Positions 52,005-62,899 of a stretch of DNA of 64,000 nucleotides are shown piece after piece (the first letter of the stretch is position 1; each line of letters begins with the position of its first letter). The stretch is from positions 150,662,001 to 150,726,000 of the forward strand of contig NC_058368.1 in NCBI RefSeq assembly GCF_018350175.1. The letters are read 5' to 3'. A model generated the notes under the pieces. It ran no database searches, was not told the DNA's origin, and saw nothing but the letters and a program-made list of their open reading frames with translations. Made by a program: the position numbers and the translations under genes. This DNA comes from Felis catus. Lineage: Eukaryota.

Positions 52005-54506
52005 TAAATTCATACCTTTTAGTTCTCACTCTAAACGTCAATGGACTGAATACTCCAATCAAAAGACAGAGAATAACAGAATGGATAAGAAAACAAAATC
52101 CATCTATATGCTGTTTACAAGAGACTCACTTTAGACCTAAAGACACCATCAGTTTGAAAGTAGGGACAGAGAACCATCTATCATGCTAATGGTCAACAAA
52201 AGAAAGCCGGAGTAGCCATACTTATATCAGACAATCTAGACTTCAAAATAACGACTGTATCAAGAAATGAAGAAGGGCATTATATCATAATTAAGGTCTC
52301 TATCCACGAATACCTAACAATTGTAAACATTTATGCTTCAAATATGGGTAAACCCAAATATATAAATCAATTAATCACAAACAAAAAGAAACTCAGTGAT
52401 AATAATACCATAATAGTAGGGGACTTCAACACCCCACTTACAACAATGGACAGATCATCTAATCAGAAAATCAAAAAGGAAACAATGGCTTTGGATGACA
52501 CACTGGACCAGATGGACTTAACAGATACATTCAGAACATTTCATCCTAACACAGCAGAATATACATTCTTTTCTAGTGCACATGGAACATTCTCCAGAAT
52601 AGATCACATACTAGGACACAAATCAGCTCTCAACAAATACAAAAAGACCGAGACCATACTGTGCATATTTTCAGACCACAACACTATGAAACTTGAAATC
52701 AACCACAAGAAAAAATGTGGAAAGATAACAAATACTTTGAGACTAAAGATTCATCCTATTAAAGAATGAATGGGCTAACCAAGAAGTTAAAGAGGAAATT
52801 AAAAAGTACACGGAAGCCAATGAAAATGATAACAAAACAGCTCAAAACCTCTGGGACACAGCAAAGGTGGTCATAAGAGGGAAGTATATAGCAATTCAGG
52901 CCTTTCTAAAGAAGGAAGAAGGGTCTCAGATACACAACTGAACCTTACACCTTAAAGAGCTGGAAAAAGAATTGCAAGTAAAATCCCAAACCAGCAGAAG
53001 ATAGGAAATAATAAACATAAGAGCAGAAATCAATGCTATCGAAACCAAAAAAACAGTAGAACAGATAAATGAAACCAGAAGCTGGTTCTTTGAAAGAATT
53101 AACAAAATTGATGAAGCACTAGCCAGTTTGATCAAAAAGAAAAAAGGAAAGGACCCAAATAAATAAAATCAAGAATGAAAGAGGAGAGATCACAACCAAC
53201 AAAGCAGAAATAAAGCCAATAACAAGAGAATATTATGAGCAATTATATGCCAATAAAATGGGCAATCTGGAAGAAACAGACAAATTCTTAGAAACATATA
53301 AACTACCATAACTGAAACAGGAAGAAATAGAAGATTTGAACAGACCCATAAGCAGTAAAGAAATCTAATTAGTAATCAAAAATCTTCCAAAAAATAAGAG
53401 TCCAGGGCCAGATGGCTTTCAGGGGAATTCTACAAAACATTTAAGGAAGAGTTAACACCTATTTCTAACACCTATTTCTTGATGCTCTTCCAAAAAATAG
53501 AAATGGAAGGAAAACTTCCAAACTCTTTCTATGAAGCCAGCATTACCTTCATTCCAAAACCAGAAAAAGACCCCGTTAAAAAGAAGAACTATAGACCAAT
53601 TTCCCTGATGAACACGGATACAAAAATCCTCAACAAGATATCAGCCAACCGGATCCAACAATATATTAAAAATATCATTCACCACAACCAAGTGGATTTT
53701 ATACCTGGGATGCAGGGTGGTTCAAAATCTGCAAAACAATCAATGTGATTCATCACATCAATAAAAGAAAGGACAAGAACCACATGATCCTCTCAATAGA
53801 TGCAGAAAAAGCATTTGATAAAATGGAGTATTTTTCCTTGATAAAAACCCTCAAGAAAGTAGGGATAGAAGGATCATACCTCGAGATCATAAAAGCCATA
53901 TATGAAAGACCCAATGTTAACATCATTTTCAATGGGAAAAAGTGAGAGCTTTTCCCCTAAGGTCAGGAACAAGGCAGGGATGTTCACACTTGCCACTGTT
54001 ATTCAACATAGAATTGGAAGTCTTAGCCTCAGCAATCATACAACACAAAGAAATAAAAGGCATCCAAATCGGCCAGGAGAAGATCACACTTTCACTCTTT
54101 GCAGATGACATGATACTCTATATGGAAAACCCAAAAGATTCCACCAAAAAATGGCTAGAACTGATCCCTGAAGTCAGCAAAGTCACAGGATATAAATCAA
54201 TGCACAGAAATCGGTTGCATTCCTATACACCAATAATGAAGCAACAGAAAGAGAAATCAAGGAATCTATCCCATTTACAACTGCACCAAAACCATAAAAT
54301 ACTTAGGAATAAATCTAACCAAAGAGGTGAAAAACTTATACACTGAAAACTGTAGAAAGCATATGAAAGAAATTAAAGAAGACACAAAAAAATGGAAAAA
54401 TATTCCATGCTCCTGGATAGGAAGAACAAATATTGTTAACATGTCAATACTACCCAAAGCAATCTACATATTCAATGCAATACCTATCAAAATAACACCA
54501 GCATTC

Positions 54507-54707
54507 TTTTTTTTTAATGTTTTTTTTTGTTTATTTTTGAAGGAAAGAGAGAGCATGAGCAGGGGGAGGAGCAGAGAGAGAGGGAGACACAGAATTTGAA
54601 GCAGGCTGTAAGCATAGAGCCTGACGTGGGGCTCGAACCCATGAACCACAAGATCATGACCTGAGCTGAAGTCAGACGCTCAATGAACTGAGCCACCCAG
54701 GCGCCCC
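54507..54707 (-). mobile_element. CanSINE inserted in L1 ORF2, absent from the left arm
   Basis: TSD aacaccag(c/a)attc. Confidence 0.95.
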
Positions 54708-55902
54708 AACACCAGAATTCCTTACAGAGCTAGAGCAAACAATCATAAAATTTGTATGGAACCAGAAAAGACCCCGAATGGCAAAAGCTACCTTGAAAAA
54801 GAAAACCAAAGCAGGAGGCATCACAATCCTGGACTTCAAGCGGTATTACAGAACTGTAATCATCAAGACAGTACGGCACTGGCACAAAAACAGACACTCA
54901 GATCAATGGAACAGAATAGAGAACACAGAAATGGACCCACAAATGTATGGCCCACGAATTTTTGACAAAGCAGAAAAGAATATCCAATGGGATATCCAAA
55001 GACTATCCGATGGATAGTCTCGTCAGCAAGTGGTGCTGGGAAAACTGGATGGTGACATGCAGAAGAATGAACGTGGATCACTTTCTTACATCATACACAA
55101 AAATAAACTCAAAATGGATGAAAGACTTAAACGTAAGACAGGAAGCCATCCAAATCCTCAAGGAGAAAGCAGGCAAAAACCTCTTTGACCTTGGCCATAG
55201 CAACTTCTTACTCAACACGTCTCTGGAGGCAAGGGAAACAAAAGCAAAAATGAACTATTGGGACCTCATCAAAATAAAAACTTCTGCACGGTGAAGGAAA
55301 CAATCAGCAAAACTAAAAGGCAACCGATGGAATGGGAGAAGATATTTGCAAACGACATATCAGATAAAGGGTTAGTATCCAAAATCTATAAAGAACTTAC
55401 CAAACTCAACACCCAAAAAACAAATCATCCAGTGAAATCATCCATGCAAAAGACATGAATCGACACTTCCATTCCAAAGAAGACATCCAGATGGCCAACC
55501 GACACATGAAAAAATGCTCACTATCACTCATCATCTGGGAAATACAAATCAAAACCACAACGAGATATCACCTCACACTGGTCAGAGTAGCTAACATTAA
55601 CAACTCAGGCAACAACAGATGTTGGCAAGGATGTGGAGAAAGAGGATCTCTTTGGCACTGCTGGTGGGAATGCAGGCTGGTGCAGCCACTCTGGAAAACA
55701 GTGTGGAGGTTCCTCAAAAAATTAAAAATAGAACTACCCCATGACCCAGCAATTGTACTACTACATATTTTTCCAAGGGATACAGGTATGCTGTTTCGAA
55801 GAGGCACATGCACCCCCATATTCGTAGTAGCACTATCAACAATAGCCAAAGTATGGAAAGAGCTCAAATGTCCATCAACAGATGAATGGATAAAGAAGAT
55901 GT

Positions 55903-55944
<42 letters not shown>

Positions 55945-56371
55945 TGGAGTATTAGCAATCAAAAAGATGAAATCTTGCCATTTGCAACTACGTAGATAGA
56001 ACTAGAGGGTATTATGCTAAGCGAAATTAGTCAGAGAAAGACAAATATCCTATGACTTCACTCATATGAGGACTTTAAGACACAGAAGAGATGAACATAA
56101 GGGAAGGGAAGCAAACATAATATAAAAATAGGGACAGGGACAAAACATAAAAGACTCTTAAATACGGAGAACAAACAGAGGGCTACTGGAGGGGTTGTGG
56201 GAGGGTGGATGGGCTAAATGGGTAAGGGCCATTAAGGCATCTACTCCTGAAATCATTGTTGCACTACATGCTAACTAATTTGGATGTAAATTAAAAAAAT
56301 AAAATTAAAGAAAAAAGGAAAGAAAAACAGTGAAAGAAGAGAACGTGCATAGCAATACTATTGATAACATC

Positions 56372-56700
56372 TTGTATTCACCCAAGATTGGCTAACAATA
56401 ACCAACACCAAATTTAAGTTGTTTAAAACAATAAAAGTTTATTTCTCACTCCTGCAAGAGCACAACATGGATTCCTATTAGCCAGCTCTTCTATCAGCAG
56501 CAGTGCAGGAATTCAGATTCCTCCAAGTTCTTAAATTCTATCCTGTTCAATGAAAGGATGGAGAAAGCAGATGGAAAATCATGGCAAGGAGGTTTTATGG
56601 GTCAGTCCCAGAAGTGATGTGTGACTACTGCCCGCATATCAGTAGCCAAAATTCAGTCATCCAGCTGCATCAAAATGTAAAGTACAACTAGTCAGAATCT
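56372..56700 (-). mobile_element. Old MaLR LTR (MLT1J/K-like)
   Basis: gtttaaaacaataaaagtttatttctcact...ggttttatgggtcagtcccagaagtg...aattcagtcat. Confidence 0.55.
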
Positions 56701-56779
56701 GTCATTCCTTATGTTTGTATCACACAGTTTTAGAGGGCTTTCTTGTACTTCACTATATAGTGCAGTCTCATGCAAGACA

Positions 56780-57035
56780 ATAAAGTACAGTGGTTAAAAG
56801 TATGAGCTCTAGAGTTAATATCACTTGGATTTGCTTCTTGGCTTCACTATTTGAAGCACAGGCTGAATTAATTCAACTCTCTGTACCTCTGCTGTAAAAT
56901 GGTGATAATAACAAAAGCCAACCCATAGGATTGTTACTTAGATTAAATGAGTTTAAATGTAAACTGTTTAAATAGTGCCTGGCATGTTCCTGGCATGTAG
57001 TAAGTACTCAGTGAGGATTATCCATTATTATCATA
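56780..57035 (+). mobile_element. MIR
   Basis: cagtggttaaaagtatgagctctagag...ctgtaaaatggtgataata...atagtgcctggcat...gtaagtactca. Confidence 0.8.
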
Positions 57036-57659
57036 TTAGAACAATCATATTAGGACTGTAGCAATTTAGTGACAGTGTGGGCATTAAATAACGTGAAATA
57101 TAGACAGGCAGCAGCAGAGGCCAGAGGGGAAAACGCCATCGATTTGTCCATTAAGCTATACGAATAATTGCAGAAAATTCCGCTTTGTTACAGTTATTTA
57201 GCACCAACCAAATAAGAGGTGAAAAGGGCAGGATTCCCAAATCACAGCAATTTTCAGCTTATATGTTTAGAACTACAAAATAAATGACCTCTGTGCAAAT
57301 CAGATGGCATTATAGTCAAGTAAAATCCTAGAAGATTCACATGGGGTCTTACTCCAAAGGTCTCATATTGAGAAAGAATACTTATCAATTTGAGATTCAC
57401 TTTCCATCCTTCCTTCTCTCTGGACAAAATCTTTTAGTAGGTTATAGTCAGAGGACCTGAGTGAGTTTATTTCACCTCAGCAACTGTACTTTATTTATAT
57501 ACAGTGTAAGCATGAAGATTGCCCAAGGGTATTTACTTTGGAAGGTTCACTTCTCCATCTTTTGTTCCTCTGTCCCCACTCCAGTCAAATCATCTTTCCA
57601 TTTTATCACTTTTGTGGTTTCTTAGTAAATGCCCAAATATCCTTTTTATAAAAAATCCT

Positions 57660-58640
57660 TTTAAAATTAAATTTTTTGCTTTGACATAATTGTAGATTGG
57701 CATGTAGTTATAAGTAATAATATAGAGTACACTTTACCCAGGATATCCCCCAATAGTAACATGGTACTGTTAAAATTTAGTATGATATTGGGGTGCCTGG
57801 GTGGCTCAGTCGGTTAAACGTCCACCTTCGGCTCAGGTCACGATCTCACAGTTCATGGGTTCGAGCCCCGTGCCGGGCTCTGTGCTGAAAGCTTGGAGTC
57901 TGGAGCCTGCCTCTGATTCTGTGTCTCCCTCTCTCTCTGCTCCTCCCCTGCTCACACTCTGTCCCTCTCTGTCTCTCAAAAATAAATAAATGTAAAAAAA
58001 AATGTTTTTAATATATAGTACTGTATATTACAGCATCACCACCAGAATTTTGACATTGATACAGTCAAGATACAGAACATTTCCATCACCACAAAGATCC
58101 CTCTTTTGCCCTTTTACAAGTGCCTTTATCCACACTCATTCCCCTGCTCCTAGAGTCCTAGTAATGACTAATCTGTTTTCCATTTTTAGAATTTTTTCAT
58201 TTCAAGAATGTTATGTAAATAAGATCATATAATATGTAAGCTTTTGTCATTGGCCTTTTCTCACTCAGCATAATTCTCTGGTGATATCTCCCCAGGATAT
58301 TGTGTCTATCATATAGTTTGTTCCTTTAAAAAATGTTTTTTTAATGTTTATTTATTTTTGAGAGACAGAGAGAGAGAGAAAGACAGAGCATAAGTGGGAG
58401 GGAGACACAGAATCCAAGCAGGGTCCAGGCTCTGAGCTGTCAGCACAGAGCCTTGATACGGGGTTTGAACTCATGAACTGTGAGACTATGACCCGAGCTG
58501 AAGTCAGACGCTCAACCAACTGAGACACCCAGGTGCCCCTAGTTTGTTCCTTTTTATTGCTGAGTAGTGGTCCATGATATGGGTATCCAGTTTGTTTCAT
58601 CATAAACCTGCTGAAGGACACCTGGGTTGCTTCCAATTTT
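57660..58640 (-). mobile_element. L1MA/MB-like 3' end with CanSINEs at 57790-58002 (+) and 58333-58539 (-)
   Basis: cagtcaagatacagaacatttccatcaccacaaagatccctc...tcactcagcataattctctgg; SINE heads and TSD tagtttgttcctt. Confidence 0.8.
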
Positions 58641-58649
58641 AAAAATCAA

Positions 58650-61200
58650 GAAAATTGGATACAAACAATACATCTCAACCAGCCCTCCAACCTAATATCT
58701 AAGACAATGGATCCAACAACAACCAAATAGGCAATGCAGGGAAGACTGAACTAGATAGATGTTTCTTAAAGCCTAACTGTATAGAAAAAAAACACACGAA
58801 TATGAAACCTGTGAAAATATTCGTCAGTGTCAAATTGAACTATTTATTTTTTATGAGAATGAATACCACAGTTTCAAAGAACATTTACCATAAGAAACTT
58901 CAGAAAGTTTTTCTGTATATTCCCCCAAATCCAGGAAAATTTAGATTCTATGAATCAGGAAGTATAAGATGAGGTAAAAGACTTGGATAAAAGAGGGTTG
59001 GCTAAAAACCAGATACACTCAATTATACAAAGAAAGATCAGAAAGAAAAAAAACAAAAAAAAATGCATCTGCAGAACTGAAAACACTACCATATGTAATA
59101 AATTGAAGATACAGAAAAATATTTTGGCAATGAGGATACTACACTTAGGTAACTCTATTATAATCTAAAAAAGGAACAAAAGGAAATTTTGAAAAAGAAG
59201 ATCATAGAAATAGAATGCAGAGAACAGAGAGCCAACAAATAAAAGTTAAGTGATACTTTAGACTGAACAGAACAAAGTTTCTGGTCTGAAGAAAGATGGG
59301 TCTATGGTGATGGAAGAGGCTCATCTTGTAGGTGGCAAATTAATGAAAAGACATCACTATGAAGAGAGGCTCCTATTTAAATACACCCCCATGACTTTAG
59401 GGAATTACAAGTGAAAGAAAAGATCCTTAAAGCATTAGAAAAAAAAAGAACAGAGTTTCTATCTTAGAATAAGAATTGAGCTTGTCTTAGACAACTTATA
59501 ACAAACAAAAGTATTTCATAATAAACAGAAGAAAATAGAGTTTTGAGGGGAAAAAAGATTGAGACTCAAGAATTTCAACCAAAAACAAATGTGTCATTTA
59601 TGTGTAAAGGCAGCAGAAATAAGTCTCAGGTATAGAAGGTTTTAGAACACATACCACTTATGTATTCTTAAATACACTGTAAACACCTATTTTATGTAAA
59701 TGAGAAACAAAGCAAATAGAAAACTCAGTAAAGGATTAGTTGTAAACACTGGAGACAATGAAATGTATAATTAAATTAAGAAAAATATTTTTTGAATGAT
59801 TTCAAAATGAGGCAAAGATCACTTTAAAAAGACAATAGAAAAACATTTAACATTTAATAATAATCTGGATGTTGGGTGCAGAGGGTGCTAATTTCTTTGT
59901 ATTACATATTTTGTTTTATTTTATTTGATACATTAATCATTAAAGAAACATGGATTTATTTATGTAATATGATGGTAATCTTTAATAGAATGATAAAAAC
60001 AGGTATTACCACATCACTAGAATAAGTAGTTAAATTTCAGTTTTCTTACAACAAAACTAGAAATCTATAGAATTATCCAGGAAGCATAAAAATAAAAATG
60101 ACACATGTTAATACGTGCTAAGTTGTCAGCTATGACAATAACTATCAATAGGTTAAAATTTTCAATTAAAATACATACATACTCTCAGACTAAGTCAAAA
60201 TACGAAGTCAATTATGTGTTCTTTACAAAGAGACACACTGCCAAACAAAATAAGAATATTTTAAATTAAAATAAACTATTTCAAGCAAAGAAAAAAAAGA
60301 GGACAAAAGGGAAAAAGCACATATTATATTATTAATGCTAATGCTGGTCAGAGTAGAACCCAAGGCAAGGAAAGAGCACTAAACAGGACAAAGATGATGA
60401 TTTTTTTTAATTTTGTAAAGATAATTTTATAACATAAATGATTACGTATGTAATGTCTCACCAAAAATGTATAGAACAAAAGTATAAAAGTAACAGTAAC
60501 AATTATACTAGTATTTGAAATATTAAGTTGGCAAAACATCAAAAAGTTTACATGCTATCTGAACAGCATAATTTTTAAGGCCTAATTGTTAGATAAATCA
60601 ACCTCGGATTGCAAGTAATTTATTCTGCTAGTGTTCTGCACAACAAGCAAACATTTCTAATTTTAGCTTCATAAATAAGTAATGTCTTGCAATACAAATA
60701 GTACATGACGCCAAATGTCACATGCTCACAACTAAGCCAAATGTTTCTTGAAATTTGTTTTTATATACAAATGCTTTGGATTACATGCATGTTTCTGCAA
60801 GCTCGCAAACCAAGGTTTTACTATATATCTCTTTAACTTAGTACCCCATGAATAGAAGCTAAATCCCAGAACTGTGTAAAAAATGATCATATATTAGACC
60901 ACAGAGAAAACACTGATAATTTTTTAAAAAGTGAAAATTAAATAGACCTTATTCTTTTATTATAAAGCAATAAAGTGTAAAATTAATAAGTTTAAACAAA
61001 TACTCAAATACTTGAATATATAAAATGCTATGATTACTGGATTAAAAGAATATAAAAATATAATTATAAAACACTTAAAAATACATATATGTATATTATA
61101 TATATTTTATATATATAACTACATATAATATAAACATACATATAAATATGCTGTTCTTTAAGTTTTTCTATGGCTTGAAGATTTTCATAATAAAGTTTAG
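58650..61200 (+). mobile_element. Highly degraded ancient L1 (L1ME/HAL1-like ORF1 region and ORF2 start)
   Basis: A-rich; aaagaaaagatccttaaagca, aagaatt...gtcattt...aaggc and ctttacaaagagacacac resemble L1 ORF1 and ORF2-start landmarks. Confidence 0.5.
60596..60823. mobile_element. Carnivore Tigger-type (Tc1/mariner) MITE
   Basis: Terminal inverted repeats aacctcggattgcaag...ctcgcaaaccaaggtt, followed by ttactata. Confidence 0.7.
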
Positions 61201-61984
61201 AAAACTACTTATATTGTGAGAATGACCTAAGTTTGAGTACTCTCTCATTCTGCTCTCTTTGCTTAGAATATGTAAACCTTGGCATTTGTCATGATGAGAA
61301 CTACTTTCATGGTGGATACTACCTGGAGAAATTGTGTGTTTTGAAATAGTTTGGAAGATCTCTCCTGTTAGAACCTTGGAGATTTATTTTTAACTAATTT
61401 ATGCTCACAAGGTATACAAACCTCGAGAGCATGTGGCTATTCGAACCACTTATATACTTTGATACAGTGAGTTATTCATGTGGTTATTTGAAGTCTGGTG
61501 GTATAATCCTTTTGTATGAGAGTGTGAGTTAAAAGTCAACATTAAAAAGGCTCATGCAGTTAATTAAGGTTGTATATGATTTGTCACTCAGCACATCATT
61601 GCAGACTACCCTGTCATAGAGGAGAGGGATTAAGCAGGAAGAAAAATGCCAGAGCTCTTTTAGATAGAAATTAAATTGTAAACCTTTAGGACTATCCTAC
61701 TTGGAAGAACATATATCCTTTGGTGGGAATTCAGGATTTAAATGTTATATTCAAAAGATCAGAACAACTTGACTTTTTTATTTTTAGATGTGAGAATAAA
61801 TGATAAAACTACAGCAGAATTTTAAGAGCGCTCTCTCAATTCAAAATGGCACATTGTTACCACTAGTGATTTAGGTAAATAAATATTTTTCAGGAGGACT
61901 TCCAGCCTCATATCTGTTCCTTGAGTTGGTCAGTGTTAAAATCCAGCTCCCAAATATTTTATAACTTTTGCCTTCTTCTCAAAT

Positions 61985-62202
61985 TTATTTTTAAGTTTAT
62001 TTATTTATTTTGAGACACAGAGACAGAGACAGACAGAGAGCACAAGCAGGGGAGGAGCAGAGAGAAGGAGAGACAGAAGGCCAAGTAGTCTCCATGCTAT
62101 CGGTGCAGAAGCCTGATGTGGGTCTCGAACTCATTAACCATAAGACCATGACCTGAGCCGAGATCAAGAGACACTTAACTGACTGTGCCACCCAGGCGCC
62201 CC
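61985..62202 (-). mobile_element. CanSINE/SINEC
   Basis: Ends gccacccaggcgcccc; ttta tail. Confidence 0.92.
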
Positions 62203-62899
62203 CTTTTATTCAAATTTCTTTAGCAGTTACCACTTCATTTCCTTTTTTCACCTTGCTTTTCTTTTCCTTCTTATGTCAACCAAACAACTTCATTATATAA
62301 TTAACATTTTTAAGTGGTAGTAAGAGAGTTCAAGAATATCTTTTGAGAATTGAGAAATATGGCCATCTTAAATCTTGTAACCAAAAATCAGTTTTCAAAG
62401 ACTATATGATTTTAAAAATTTAGTTTACAAGGCTCATTCAGGATTAGGCTTTTACTAATAACACCAATAAAATGAAAATTAATCATGGACATGTTAAATT
62501 TCCCACTTTAAAGTTTTTTTGCTCTGTGCCATTTATCTAATTTCTAAATAAATGTCTAAATTCAGTGGTTGAGAACACAGACCCAATGAACCATATCCTT
62601 AGAAGTGTTTTCCCTCTAGTTAAGTTCAATAAGCTGTTAAAGTACTACTGCTTCTAGGAATTAACATTTTTTATCCGAACAATTAAAGTAACTTGAGAAT
62701 AGGATGGTTAACTATATGTGTGTCTACCAAGTTCCTCTCCCAAAATAGAAAAGAAAGAAACTTGTTTGTCAATAATAATTTTTTGAAAATTAAAAAAAAA
62801 AACCTTTATTAAATGCCTTTTATCAATCTTCACAGATAGGAAAAAGAGAAAAGTGTACTTAGAAAAAGCTGACATTTTTTCCACTATTTGTTTTAGGTT

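Larger units (their letters stand above)
48708..56310 (+). mobile_element. Full-length but inactivated carnivore/felid LINE-1 (5'UTR to ~50395, ORF1 ~50396-51507, ORF2 ~51762-55900, 3'UTR, A-rich tail)
   Basis: Starts ggggaggagccaagatggc; ORF1 pieces (RFAADLSTKTWQARKKWQDIF), endonuclease [27 protein letters not shown], Cys-rich C-terminus; many stops and frameshifts, three SINE insertions. Confidence 0.97.

Noticed and set aside
48708..56310. Active LINE-1 or intact ORF1/ORF2 genes
   Set aside because: Multiple stops and frameshifts plus three SINE insertions; ORF-track hits are fragments.
48691..56350. TSD for the full-length L1 (agaagcaggggtggca vs agaagagaacgtgca)
   Set aside because: Match too poor to call. 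It also does not pair with the left arm's flanks, so there is no evidence of a past inversion in this haplotype.
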